Shown here piece after piece: positions 45,290-55,300 of a stretch of 64,000 nucleotides of DNA; position 1 is the first letter of the stretch, and each line of letters starts with the position of its first letter. The position numbers and the translations under genes were made by a program. A model generated the notes under the pieces. It did no database searches, was not told the DNA's origin, and saw nothing but the letters and a program-made list of their open reading frames with translations. Source of the stretch: Minisyncoccota bacterium (GTDB lineage: Bacteria > Patescibacteriota > Minisyncoccia > Phycocordibacterales > UBA6065); NCBI GenBank assembly GCA_041661645.1, contig JBAZUA010000002.1:97944-161943 (forward strand), in the 5' to 3' direction.

Positions 45290-47230
45290 TTATTTCGTCG
45301 TAGTATCTGTCACTATCTGATAGTCGAGCATCCTCTTCTCGAGGTCGGCGTTCATGACCTTGAACTTTACCGAGTCGCCGAGGCTGTACTTCCTGCCGGT
45401 CTTCTCGCCCACAATGGCGTACTTCTTCTTGTCGAGGGAGTAATAGTCGTCCGTCATGGTCATGAGGCGCACCATGCCCTCGCATTTGGTCTCCTTGTCC
45501 TCGAGGTATATGCCCCACTCGGAGACGCCTGTGACGAGGCCGTCAAAGACCTGTCCCACTCGCTCGGACATGTACTGAACCTGCTTGTACTTGATCGATG
45601 CGCGCTCGGCCTCGGCTGCCTTAACCTCCCTCTCGGAATTCTCCATGGCGATCTTCTCGTACATGGTGGCCTCGCCCTGGGCTATCTGACCGCCCGTGAG
45701 CTGTCGCTGAAGGAGTCGGTGAACGATGAGGTCGGCGTAGCGGCGGATGGGGGAGGTGAAGTGTGTGTAATATTCGAAGGCCAGGCCGTAGTGTCCGATG
45801 TTCTTGGTCGAGTAGATTGCCTTTGCCATCGATCTGATGGCAGCGGTCTTGATGAGGAATTCCTCGGGTTTGCCGGCGATCTTCACGAAGAGGGCCTTGA
45901 GGTCCTTCACCTTGACGCCTTGTTTCGTGACGGGGAGGTCGTAGCCGAGTGCGCGTACGAAGAGGGCGAGCTCGTCTATCTTCTCGGTGACGGGCACGTC
46001 GTGTATTCGATAGAGGAAGGCCCCGCGGGTCTTCTCGTTCGACTTCCACATGTGATGGGCGACCTCTCGGTTGGCGAGGAGCATGTATTCCTCGACCAGC
46101 TTGTGGGCGTCCTTGCGCACCTTGCGGAAGACGCGGATGGGGCGGCCCGTCTCGTCGAGCTGGAACTTGACCTCGTCCTGCTCGAAGTCGAGCGCACCCT
46201 CGGCCTCCTTCACGGCGCGAAGCTTCTTTGCTATCGAGTTGAGGAGGTTCAATTCCTTGAGATACTCGCCGTCCTGCTTGTCCATGACCTCCCGGGCGCC
46301 CTCATAGGCGAATCGCTTCCAGGACTTGATGATGGTCTTGCCGAACCAGCGGTCGAGTATCGCGCCCTCGCCGTTCATGGTGAACACGGCCGAGAAGGTG
46401 AGCTTCTCCTCGTTCGGGTTAAGCGAGCAGACGTCGTTCGAGAGCACCTCGGGAAGCATCGGCACGGTGCGGTCGACGAGATACACGGAAAATCCTCGCT
46501 GGCGGGCCTCTGCGTCGAGTGCGGTGCCTTCGGTCACGTAATGCGAGACGTCGGCGATGTGCACGCCGATCTCATAGGTGCCGTTATCGAGGAATTTGAC
46601 GGAAATGGCGTCGTCAAAGTCCTTCGCGTCCACGGGATCGATGGTGAAGGTCGGGGTGTCGCTGAAGTCGCGTCGCTTGGCGCGCTCGGCTGGGCTGATT
46701 GTCTTGTTCTTCTCGATTGTCTCCGCCTCCTTGGTAACCTGGGGAGGGAAGTCATACGCCAATCCTCGGTCGAGGATGATGGCGCGCATCTCGGTGTTGT
46801 TCTCGCCGTGCTGTCCGATGACCTCGATGACCTTGCCCAGAGGGGACTTGGCCGCGTCGTTCCATTCGGTGATTTCCACGTATACCTTTTCGCCGCCCTG
46901 TGCGTTCATGGCGTCGGCGGGGCGAATGGCGATGTCGCGATAGAGTCGTTTGTCGTCGGGGGTGAGGAAGAACATTTGATCCACCTTCTCGATGACGCCA
47001 ACGAACTTCATTTTTGCCCGCTTGATGATCTGAATTACCTTGCCCTGCCTTCGATTGCGCTCGGTCTTGCCCGTGAGCTCTACCACCACCTCGTCGCCGT
47101 GAAGGGCCTTGCTGAGGTTCTCGCTGCGTATTTCCACATCGTCCTCGAAGCCTTCCTGGGATATGAAGCCTGTGCCCTTGGAATTGACGCTGATAATGCC
47201 GGTTATAGTCTTGTCTTTCATGGGCCTCAC
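45290..47230 (-). CDS. rnr: ribonuclease R (RNase II/R family 3'-5' exoribonuclease)
   Basis: Cold-shock/OB N-terminus, RNB catalytic domain (FTIDPVDAKDFDDAISV...HIADVSHYV) and a C-terminal S1 domain. The plus-strand ORF 45170..47404 is an antisense ghost. Confidence 0.85.
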   Translation of the reverse strand: MRPMKDKTITGIISVNSKGTGFISQEGFEDDVEIRSENLSKALHGDEVVVELTGKTERNRRQGKVIQIIKRAKMKFVGVIEKVDQMFFLTPDDKRLYRDIAIRPADAMNAQGGEKVYVEITEWNDAAKSPLGKVIEVIGQHGENNTEMRAIILDRGLAYDFPPQVTKEAETIEKNKTISPAERAKRRDFSDTPTFTIDPVDAKDFDDAISVKFLDNGTYEIGVHIADVSHYVTEGTALDAEARQRGFSVYLVDRTVPMLPEVLSNDVCSLNPNEEKLTFSAVFTMNGEGAILDRWFGKTIIKSWKRFAYEGAREVMDKQDGEYLKELNLLNSIAKKLRAVKEAEGALDFEQDEVKFQLDETGRPIRVFRKVRKDAHKLVEEYMLLANREVAHHMWKSNEKTRGAFLYRIHDVPVTEKIDELALFVRALGYDLPVTKQGVKVKDLKALFVKIAGKPEEFLIKTAAIRSMAKAIYSTKNIGHYGLAFEYYTHFTSPIRRYADLIVHRLLQRQLTGGQIAQGEATMYEKIAMENSEREVKAAEAERASIKYKQVQYMSERVGQVFDGLVTGVSEWGIYLEDKETKCEGMVRLMTMTDDYYSLDKKKYAIVGEKTGRKYSLGDSVKFKVMNADLEKRMLDYQIVTDTTTK

Positions 47231-47400
47231 TATAGCAGAAAAGTTGACTTTTGTGTGTCTGGGCGTAGCTTTAGGTCAGAATCGATGGATATACCGTTCA
47301 TTGAAAGGAAACTATCTCGTGGGACCGCGCACGCGCGAATCCGCACGGGACCCTTTTCACGAAAAGGGCACAGACATGGCTACGGCCAGAAAGGTTCATT

Positions 47401-48177
47401 ATGAATGAGAAAACTGGTGGGAAAAAGTATCGGATGTATGGTGGAACTGTTGTCGCCCTCTGTGGGAACCCTCATGACGGCAAGGGTGCGTTCGAGGCAA
47501 GTCTCGTGTTTGCCCTCGATAGGATCGGTTTCAAGGAGAGAGTGGTCTATCTGAGGGATCTGATTGCGGACATCGTTCCCAAGCATGCTTGGAATAACGG
47601 TGACGAATATGCCAGTCGGCTTATTGCCCTGTTTAACAAGGCGATGGTCGATAGCGCCTGTGAGGGCATTCTCATGCCTGTGGATGGTCGCCCCGGCGAA
47701 TACCAGTTCGAGGATGTTGAGTTCCCGGAAGGTGTTCATCCTATACACGGCAGACATGTTTCGATTCCGCCCGAGCTTATGAAGCTCTATGCTTCGTTAC
47801 CCGTTCAGGTCGAGCATCGGTGGGGCGAGCCGGACAAGTCCGCCATGCTTAAAACCAAAGGGGAAATCATTCGAACGCTCTTTTACTATTGCTCTGGTGA
47901 TCCCGGGTATCTGTGGAAGGTCCTCGAGTTTCTTCTTAACTGCTCGAATAATAAGCAGATGCTGGTTGAGGAGACCAATATGTGGAAGTCTCACCTGAAG
48001 GATGTTCTCACATATCTTCAGGCTGGCGCCATATTTGCCCATGCCGAGAAGGTCGCCAACTGGGACGTCCACACGGCCTTCAGGGAAGACCTTCTGAGGT
48101 TTCTCCTCGTCGCCCGACTCAAGAAGATGGGCATGAGGGAGCTTGTGGCCAACGTTACTCAGAGCGCTCTTGTTTAG
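47401..48177 (+). CDS. hypothetical protein (258 aa)
   Basis: Divergent from rnr. The N-terminal VVALCGNPHDGKGAF loosely resembles a degenerate P-loop. No firm assignment. Confidence 0.45.
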   Translation: MNEKTGGKKYRMYGGTVVALCGNPHDGKGAFEASLVFALDRIGFKERVVYLRDLIADIVPKHAWNNGDEYASRLIALFNKAMVDSACEGILMPVDGRPGEYQFEDVEFPEGVHPIHGRHVSIPPELMKLYASLPVQVEHRWGEPDKSAMLKTKGEIIRTLFYYCSGDPGYLWKVLEFLLNCSNNKQMLVEETNMWKSHLKDVLTYLQAGAIFAHAEKVANWDVHTAFREDLLRFLLVARLKKMGMRELVANVTQSALV

Positions 48178-48191
48178 GCCGTCGTTAGTAG

Positions 48192-48222
48192 GCCCCGTCC
48201 GCAAGGACGGGGCTTTTTCTTG
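48192..48222 (+). terminator. rho-independent terminator
   Basis: CCCCGTCC-gcaa-GGACGGGG followed by CTTTTTCTT. Confidence 0.65.
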
Positions 48223-48274
48223 CCCAAGGCCTTTCAAATTGACGATTTTACATATGTTTGCTAATATGTGCCAC

Positions 48275-48616
48275 ATGCTAAAAATCAGACTTCAGCGAGT
48301 GGGCCGAGTGAACGTACCTACGTTCCGCGTGGTTCTCACCGATTCAAAGAACTCAACCAAGAGCGGTAAATTCCTCGAGATCCTCGGCACCTATGACCCT
48401 GTTCACGATGTGAAGGAGGTCAAGGCCGACCGCATCAAGCACTGGATGTCAAAGGGCGCCCAGGTATCCGATACCCTCCATAACTTCCTTATCCACAAGA
48501 AGCTCATCTCGGGCAAGAAGGTCAACAAGCTCCCGAAGAAAAGCCCTATCGCAAAGGAAGGCTCAAAGGTAGAGGCATCAGCCCCTGTTGCTCCAGCTGC
48601 AGCACCGACCGCATAG
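48275..48616 (+). CDS. rpsP: 30S ribosomal protein S16
   Basis: MLKIRLQRVGRVNVPTFRVVLTDSKNSTKSGKFLEILGTYDP, the S16 signature. Start at the ATG at 48275. Confidence 0.85.
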   Translation: MLKIRLQRVGRVNVPTFRVVLTDSKNSTKSGKFLEILGTYDPVHDVKEVKADRIKHWMSKGAQVSDTLHNFLIHKKLISGKKVNKLPKKSPIAKEGSKVEASAPVAPAAAPTA

Positions 48617-48744
48617 TCTCAGGCCATATCGGCCGAATGACCCTAGAACATCGCCCGCTCGGGCGATTTTCTTTTTGCGGGGCCGTGCTAGAATATCCAT
48701 AGAAGTATTTAACTTCTTCATTACCCCGCTAATCACATTCAACT

Positions 48745-49056
48745 ATGGAAAGAGACGCACAATTCCTCGATTTTCTGATAAAGGCTCTCGTGGACAATCC
48801 GACCGACGTAAAGATCAGCCGCACCGTTGACGAGATGGGCGTGCTCCTGACCCTCGACGTCAATCCTGCTGACATGGGCAAGATCATCGGTCGAGAGGGA
48901 AACACGGCCAAGGCCATTCGAACCCTCCTGCGAATCGTGGGCATGAAGAACAACTCTCGCGTCAACCTCAAGATAAGCGAGCCTGCCGGTGCCGCCCCAA
49001 AGGAGACCAAGGCAACCAAGACCGTGGACGAGGCGATGGCAGATCTTAATCTCTAG
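48745..49056 (+). CDS. khpA: KH-domain RNA-binding protein (KhpA/YlqC-like)
   Basis: KH core MGKIIGREGNTAKAIRTLLRIV in the conserved position after rpsP. Confidence 0.75.
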   Translation: MERDAQFLDFLIKALVDNPTDVKISRTVDEMGVLLTLDVNPADMGKIIGREGNTAKAIRTLLRIVGMKNNSRVNLKISEPAGAAPKETKATKTVDEAMADLNL

Positions 49057-49113
49057 CTTCGGCTTTCTGTGCAGCGACGCTTAGTCCTTAAGGAAATTTA
49101 GGCTATCAAGGCC

Positions 49114-50253
49114 ATGCATATGATAAGCAAAAAACACATATTTGGGCTGATTTTCGTGATTGCCATCATCTACGCCACGACCTTTTTTGTCCTTCATAGG
49201 GGCGCGGCCGAATCCCCGCGTGACCAGTCTAATATTGTCGCAGCCGGTGGTTCTGATGTTCTTCGGGTAGGGAGGCCTCTTTCAGACTATAGGTCATCGT
49301 CGACCCCATCTAACATTCCGGTGACAGGCACCTCTTCTGGTAAGATGCGCCCAACGCCGTCGCCGAAGCCTGTTCTGACTCCAACTCCAGCCCCGACGGT
49401 CGCGCCGTCTGGGAGCGCATCGACCGTTATGAAGGCAAGCCCTAAGGGATATTTCCTGTTGCCCGACAAGACCTCATCGGTGTCGACCCTTGAGGCCCTT
49501 ATAAAGAAGGTGGACGGTATCGTCATTATAACCACTTGGAAGGACATCGAGCCTCAGGAGGGCACGTACGACTTTAGCAGCATAGACCAGAAGCTCGCCA
49601 TCGCGCAGGCCGCGGGCAAGGAGGCAACGCTCGACATATTCACCGGAAAGAATTCTCTTCCGTCATGGATATCGGCTGCGGGCGTCCAGACCTGGACTGA
49701 CGCCAAGGGCAGTCAGCTCGTGTACCCGACTGACCCGACGTTCGTGAAGCTTTGGGGAGAGCGGGTGGCCATGCTCGGAGCTCGCTATGACGGCAATCCG
49801 ACCATCAGGCAGATATCGATGTGCGGATCAACGGGTACGTTGTGCGGTCCCCGATATCCAGAACTGCCGAGCGGAGTCTCTTTTGAGGCCCTTGAAAGCG
49901 TCTGGTCGCAGGTCATCGCCTCATATGTCAGTGCCTTCCCCAGCACGCTCAAGCAGCTCGAAGTCCACCTGACAGCGGGGCATGATACCGACCTTCCCTC
50001 ATACCTGCTCAAGCAGACCGGCGAGGGCGTGGGCATATTCGCCGAATTCCTCTCCGACACGAGCCCCGCCGAATCGAGCCCAGTACCCGAGGTCATTCGG
50101 TCATTCCCAACCAAGTGGTGTGGTTTCCAGATGGTGAGTCCTCTCAGGGACAGACTGGCGGCGGCCATCGCCCACGGATCCTCCCTTGGCTGCAACTACT
50201 TTGAGATATACCAGGGTGATGTCTCGAACGGATATCTTCCGCCAGCGAAATAG
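49114..50253 (+). CDS. membrane-anchored secreted protein with a glycoside hydrolase-like TIM-barrel domain (GH42/GH35/GHL-like)
   Basis: N-terminal TM anchor and a P/T/S-rich linker. WKDIEPQEGTYDFSSIDQKLAIAQAAGKEATLDIF resembles the N-terminal strands of GH42/GH5-like barrels. Confidence 0.45.
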   Translation: MHMISKKHIFGLIFVIAIIYATTFFVLHRGAAESPRDQSNIVAAGGSDVLRVGRPLSDYRSSSTPSNIPVTGTSSGKMRPTPSPKPVLTPTPAPTVAPSGSASTVMKASPKGYFLLPDKTSSVSTLEALIKKVDGIVIITTWKDIEPQEGTYDFSSIDQKLAIAQAAGKEATLDIFTGKNSLPSWISAAGVQTWTDAKGSQLVYPTDPTFVKLWGERVAMLGARYDGNPTIRQISMCGSTGTLCGPRYPELPSGVSFEALESVWSQVIASYVSAFPSTLKQLEVHLTAGHDTDLPSYLLKQTGEGVGIFAEFLSDTSPAESSPVPEVIRSFPTKWCGFQMVSPLRDRLAAAIAHGSSLGCNYFEIYQGDVSNGYLPPAK

Positions 50254-50257
50254 GCCA

Positions 50258-50296
50258 AAGAACACCTCAATTGATTGAGGTGTTCTTTATTTTTAC
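50258..50296. terminator. hairpin terminator (CCTCAA-N4-TTGAGG family)
   Basis: AAGAACACCTCAA-ttga-TTGAGGTGTTCTT followed by TATTTTTAC. Confidence 0.65.
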
Positions 50297-50366
50297 TTTA
50301 TCTTTTCTTTATTTCATCTTGATGGGGTCGCATGTTATACTCTCTACTTAAGAGACAATTTTCATC

Positions 50367-50759
50367 ATGAAACGCGTGCAAGAAATCGCAACCGAGCTGT
50401 CAAAGGGTAATTTCAAGAAGGCTTCCGACATCAGGAAGGAGATTTCTGCCGTGGACGGTGACTCGCACGAGCTCGAGATCATGGAAATCGCCCGACAGGC
50501 CATGATCACGAATCTCAAGAGGGGAAGCGTGAGCGATGCCAAGGAGATAGAGAGATCATTCAATCTCGCCGATGACGTCGTTGAGGAGACCATCGAGCAG
50601 GCCGTCATGTCGAGCGTCTATGATGGCGATATCGAGAGGCTCATCAAGCTCAAGAAGGAGCTTCCCATCACGAGGGACCTCGGCAACAAGATAGTCAGTT
50701 ACTGCGCCTCATGGGGAAAGAAGGATAGATTTCTCGCTCTCGAGGAACTCTTTGCATAA
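50367..50759 (+). CDS. hypothetical protein (130 aa)
   Basis: Protein-like ORF immediately upstream of trmD, where rimM usually sits. No RimM features recognised. Confidence 0.4.
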   Translation: MKRVQEIATELSKGNFKKASDIRKEISAVDGDSHELEIMEIARQAMITNLKRGSVSDAKEIERSFNLADDVVEETIEQAVMSSVYDGDIERLIKLKKELPITRDLGNKIVSYCASWGKKDRFLALEELFA

Positions 50760-50777
50760 AACCCATTCGCGGGTAGT

Positions 50778-51464
50778 ATGTCAACCATGACGACCTACCA
50801 CATCATAACTCTGTTTCCGGGCGCGTTCGACTCCTATCTCGGCGAGTCGATTTTGAAGCGCGCCATCGAGGACAAGAAGATTCGCGTCAAATTCTATAAT
50901 CCGCGCGACTTTGCCGACGATAAATGGCAGCGAGTTGACCAGAAGCCGTATGGCGGTGGCCCGGGTATGGTTATTCAGGCGCTTCCCGTGGCTCTCGCCA
51001 TTGAGAAGGCAAAGAAGGAGGCGGGCAAGGCGAAGGGCAAGAACAAAGGGGCGACAAAGATCGTCTTTTTCAACCCGTCGGGTAAGCAGTTCGATACCGC
51101 CTATGCCAAGACCTCGGCGAAGAAATACAAGCATTTTATATTCGTCTGCGGCCGCTACGAGGGCATCGATGCCCGCGTGAAGAAGATGTTCAAGATGGAG
51201 GACGTATCGGTTGGACCATTCGTGCTCACGGGCGGGGAATTGCCAGCTATGATCATGATCGACAGCATCTCGCGCCAGATCGAGGGCGTTTTGGGCAATT
51301 TCGACTCGCTCGAGGAAGAGCGTGTCTCGAGTCCAGACTCTTATACTCGTCCTGAAATAGTCACTTATAAGAAAAAGAGGTATGCCGTGCCAAAGGTGCT
51401 CCTTTCGGGCAACCCAAAGCTGATTGATGCGTGGAAGATAGGGACGAAGGTTGAAAACAAGTAG
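50778..51464 (+). CDS. trmD: tRNA (guanine37-N1)-methyltransferase TrmD
   Basis: SPOUT trefoil motifs (ITLFPGAF...; CGRYEGIDARV; GPFVLTGGELPAMIMIDSISR). Confidence 0.85.
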   Translation: MSTMTTYHIITLFPGAFDSYLGESILKRAIEDKKIRVKFYNPRDFADDKWQRVDQKPYGGGPGMVIQALPVALAIEKAKKEAGKAKGKNKGATKIVFFNPSGKQFDTAYAKTSAKKYKHFIFVCGRYEGIDARVKKMFKMEDVSVGPFVLTGGELPAMIMIDSISRQIEGVLGNFDSLEEERVSSPDSYTRPEIVTYKKKRYAVPKVLLSGNPKLIDAWKIGTKVENK

Positions 51465-51744
51465 AAAGGGAGAGGGGATTGTGATACTGTTGCCTCAAAC
51501 CCCGCTCACCATGATTCCAGAAAGCCTTCGCAAACAAAATCGGGCGCTTGAGCTCGAACTCGCCGGTATATCGGGTAGAACTCTAAGTGATGCCGAAAAG
51601 GCAGAGCTTGAAGTCCTTCGTATATGGGCAGACGGTCAGATTCGCTCCTCCATCAGGGACCTTCAGCGTATGAATCATTCCATGGAGGCGCATCGCAAGA
51701 AAACCGCCCATATTAGCATCGGCACTTATGCCGCGGCCGCCTGA
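51451..51744 (+). CDS. hypothetical protein (97 aa)
   Basis: Overlaps the trmD 3' end. Terminator GCCGCCTG-acag-CAGGCGGC plus TTTTGTTTC at 51736-51764. Confidence 0.35.
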   Translation: MKTSRKGEGIVILLPQTPLTMIPESLRKQNRALELELAGISGRTLSDAEKAELEVLRIWADGQIRSSIRDLQRMNHSMEAHRKKTAHISIGTYAAAA

Positions 51745-51777
51745 CAGCAGGCGGCTTTTGTTTCTCAGCTGAGAAAC

Positions 51778-51975
51778 TTGCTTTTTATGTTTACCGTGGT
51801 ATAGTACTGAAAGTACTGAAGTTTTCGGCTTTTTGCTTCAGTAGGGTCTATTCTTTTTCCTTCGATTTGCATAAGGAAGGGAAGTGGAAGAAACTCATTT
51901 TCGACGGTTCGACGGTTCGACGGTTCGCTTGTTCTGCCTCTCTGATGCTTTTATGCAAAGGAGAGGCTTTTTTAT
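51778..51975 (+). ncRNA. candidate small RNA in the rpoB upstream region (promoter-like TTGCTT...TATAGT to terminator GCCTCTC...GAGAGGC-T6)
   Basis: -35/-10-like hexamers at about 51778-51812. Internal hairpin TTCCTTcgatttgcatAAGGAA. Tandem 8-mer CGACGGTT repeated three times at 51899-51927. Terminator-like hairpin with T6 at 51938-51975. Confidence 0.3.
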
Positions 51976-51992
51976 GGTTTCTTCCTAATGAC

Positions 51993-52098
51993 CCCTCCCA
52001 GCCCTCGAGAAAAGGCTCTGCGCAGGCGAGCGGTCCGAGCAAAGCAATCCGCCAACGGGCGGATATGCGTGCCTTTTGGAGAGGGCTGGGAGGGGTCT
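51993..52098. repeat. long perfect-arm hairpin (17-bp arms) immediately upstream of the rpoB promoter
   Basis: GACCCCTCCCAGCCCTC ... GAGGGCTGGGAGGGGTC enclosing 72 nt with secondary complementarity (AAAAGGC/GCCTTTT, CCGCCaacgGGCGG). Confidence 0.65.
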
Positions 52099-52100
52099 CA

Positions 52101-52129
52101 TTGACAGAAAAGCTTATTTCATATAGTAT
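52101..52129 (+). promoter_or_regulatory. sigma70-like promoter for rpoB (TTGACA-N17-TAGTAT)
   Basis: TTGACA at 52101-52106, 17-nt spacer, TAGTAT at 52124-52129; about 200-nt leader before the rpoB ATG. Confidence 0.5.
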
Positions 52130-52332
52130 CTACACCACTTCACGCAAGATTGTGTCACGGGGGAACTGAAGGATTTTATAAGGGTTTTTCGATACAGCAT
52201 CTTGCCCACCATCGCATAGACCACCTTAAACGAAATTACGGCCACACAAGGCCATTTTTGCGTTTTCGGCGTCCATGAGAAATAGGCTCGATTCTGACCG
52301 AAAAACGAGATTTATTAGGTACCAGACACACC

Positions 52333-55300
52333 ATGATGCGACCACAGAAATTTTTCGGGCGATACAAGGAGGCGTTGTCGGACATCCCGAACTTGGTAGA
52401 GGCGCAGACCGCGTCCTTCAAGTGGCTTGTCGAGAAGGGTCTCACCGACATCTTCAAGGAGTTCTCTCCTATCAAGGACTACTCCGACAAGAAGTTCGAG
52501 CTTTCCTTCACGGGCTTCGAGCTCGCGGCGGCAAAGCATGACGAGCACTTCGCCAAGGCGAACAAGCTTTCCTATGAGGCCCCCCTCAAGGTCCGAATCA
52601 AGCTCAAGAACAAGATGTTCAACTCGGAGAAGGAGCAGGAGATATTCCTCGCCGACTTCCCGCTCATGACCGATCACGGTACCTTCATCATAAACGGCAT
52701 CGAGCGCGTCATCGTGCCCCAGCTCGCAAGGTCTTTCGGCGTCTTCTTCACCTCTGACGAGGTAAAGGCCAAGACCGTCTTCGGAGCGAAGGTCATCCCG
52801 GCCCGCGGCGTGTGGCTCGAGATCGAGACCGACACTGACGGCACCCTCTACGCCCGCATCGACCGAAAGCGCAAGTTCATGGTGACCGCGCTCCTTCGCG
52901 TGCTCGGCGCAAAGACCGACGAGGAGATCCTCGCGTACTTCAAGGGAGACGAGATCGCTCACAGGATCGTAGCCGCATCCCTCGCCAAGGACACCGCCAA
53001 GACCATAAATGACGCATATATCGAGATCCACAAGCGCCTTCGCGACGGAGACCTCGCCACCGCCGACAATGCCCGAGAGTTCATCATGGGTCTCTTTGCC
53101 GCGGATAGGTATGACCTCTCCCGTGTCGGACGATTCCGCTTCAACAAGCGATTCGGAAAGTCCATGGAGGAGGCTGATCTCGAGCGCAAGACCATAAGCG
53201 CCGACGACCTCGCAACCATCATCGGCAACATCATACATCTCAACAACAAGCTTGACGCCGTCGAGGACGACATCGACCATCTCGGCTCAAGGCGCGTCCG
53301 ATACGTGGGCGAGCTCATGCAGCAGAAGCTCCGCGTGGGCCTCTCACAGATGAAGCGAAACATCCAGGATCGAATGTCCACCATCGAGCCTGACACCACC
53401 CAGCCTCTCACCTTCGTGTCGCCTCGACCCCTCCAGGCGCGACTCAAGGAGTTCTTCACGACCAACCAGCTCTCGCAGTTCATGCAGCAGGAGAACATCC
53501 TGACCGAGCTCGAGCATCTCCGCACCCTTTCCGCCCTTGGACCAGGCGGTCTCACCCGCGAGCGAGCAGGCTTCGAGGTTCGAGACGTCCATCCTTCCCA
53601 CTACGGACGACTCTGCCCGATCCACACCCCTGAAGGTCCGAACATCGGACTCATCCTTCGCCTTTCGACCTATGCCCGCCTCAACGACTTCGGCATGATC
53701 GAGACGCCGTACGCAAAGGTGAAGAACGGCAAGGTCACCAAGGAGATCGTCTATCTCAACGCACTCGAGGAGGAGAACTACAGGATCGCCCATGCCGCGA
53801 CCGTCTATGACAAGGATGGCAAGATCACCGACACGACCGTGGAGGTACGCCGAAACGGATCGCCGACCATCGTAAAATCGAGCGACGTGGACTTCATCGA
53901 CGTGTCGACGAACCAGCCGTTCTCGATCGCGACGAACATGATCCCGTTCCTGAACCACGATGACGCCAACCGAGCGCTCATGGGTTCGAACATGCAGAAG
54001 CAGGCCACCCCTTGTATCATTCCCGAGGCACCTCTCGTCGCCACCGGAATCGAGGCAAAGGCGGCAGAGTACACCGGACGAATCGTTCTCGCCCCCGAGG
54101 ACGGCACCATCTCGGCCGTAGACGCTACTCACGTAACCTTCAAGAACGGCAAGGGCAAGGAGACTAACTATAATCTCGTATCATTCCAGCGAACCAACGG
54201 GTTCACCTCGTATCATCAGCGACCGGTCGTCGACCTCGGACAGAAGGTCAAGAAGGGAGACGTCCTCGTCGACGCATCGTCGTCTGACGGCGGACAGATC
54301 GCCCTCGGACAGAACATGCTCGTCGCGTTCATGTCATGGTCAGGAGCAAACTACGAAGACGCAATCATCATCTCGGAGCGAGTGGTCAAGAACTCGAAGT
54401 TCACCTCCATCCACATCGAGGAATTCGTCGTGAACGTTCGCGACACCAAGCTCGGACCCGAGGTGACCACCCACGACATCCCTAACGTAGGAGAGGGCAA
54501 GCTCAAGAACCTCGACGAGGATGGCATCATCCGCATCGGCGCGGAGGTTCGTTCCGGCGACATCCTCGTGGGCAAGATCACGCCAAAGGGCGAGACCCAG
54601 CTCACCCCTGAGGAGCGACTGCTCCGATCGATCTTCGGAGAGAAGGCCCGAGACGTCAAGGACACCTCGAAGCGCATGGAGGGCGGCAAGCGAGGCCGAA
54701 TCATCAGCGTGAAGGTCTTCTCGCGAGAGAAGGGCGACAAGCTCGAGAGCGGCATCATCAAGCGCATCCACGTCGAGGTCGCACAGCTCCGAACCGTATC
54801 CGTCGGCGACAAGCTCGCGGGACGACACGGAAACAAGGGAGTCATCTCGAAGATCCTTCCCGAGGAAGATATGCCATATAAGGCAGACGGTACTCCAATC
54901 GACGTGATTCTCACCCCATTGGGCGTTCCATCCCGAATGAACCTCGGACAGATCCTCGAGCTCCATCTCGGACTCGCGGCACACACCCTCAACTATCAGG
55001 CAATCGTGCCTCCATTCGCAGGCGCGACCGGAGACGAGATCAAGGAGGAGCTCGTGAAGGCAGGTCTTCCCGCAAACGGAAAGATTGCCCTCTACGACGG
55101 ACGAACCGGCGACAAGTTCCAGCAGGACATATCGGTCGGATACATGTACATCCTCAAGCTTCACCACATGGTGGAGGACAAGATCCACATGCGATCAATC
55201 GGTCCGTACTCTCTCATCACCCAGCAGCCTCTCGGAGGAAAGGCTCAGGGCGGAGGTCAGCGATTCGGAGAAATGGAAGTCTGGGCACTCCTCGGTCACG

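Noticed and set aside
45170-47404. 744-aa plus-strand ORF opposite rnr
   Set aside because: Translation is dominated by L/G/V/A/R/H with no motifs, and the minus strand encodes a complete, motif-rich RNase R. This is the typical GC-rich antisense ghost.
51899-51927. Tandem 8-mer CGACGGTT repeated three times, as a possible CRISPR or minisatellite
   Set aside because: Far too short and with no spacers. It is reported only as part of the rpoB upstream structured region.
51867-52169. 100-aa plus-strand ORF in the rpoB upstream region
   Set aside because: It crosses a terminator-like hairpin, the 8-mer tandem repeat and one arm of the 106-nt hairpin. It is probably non-coding.
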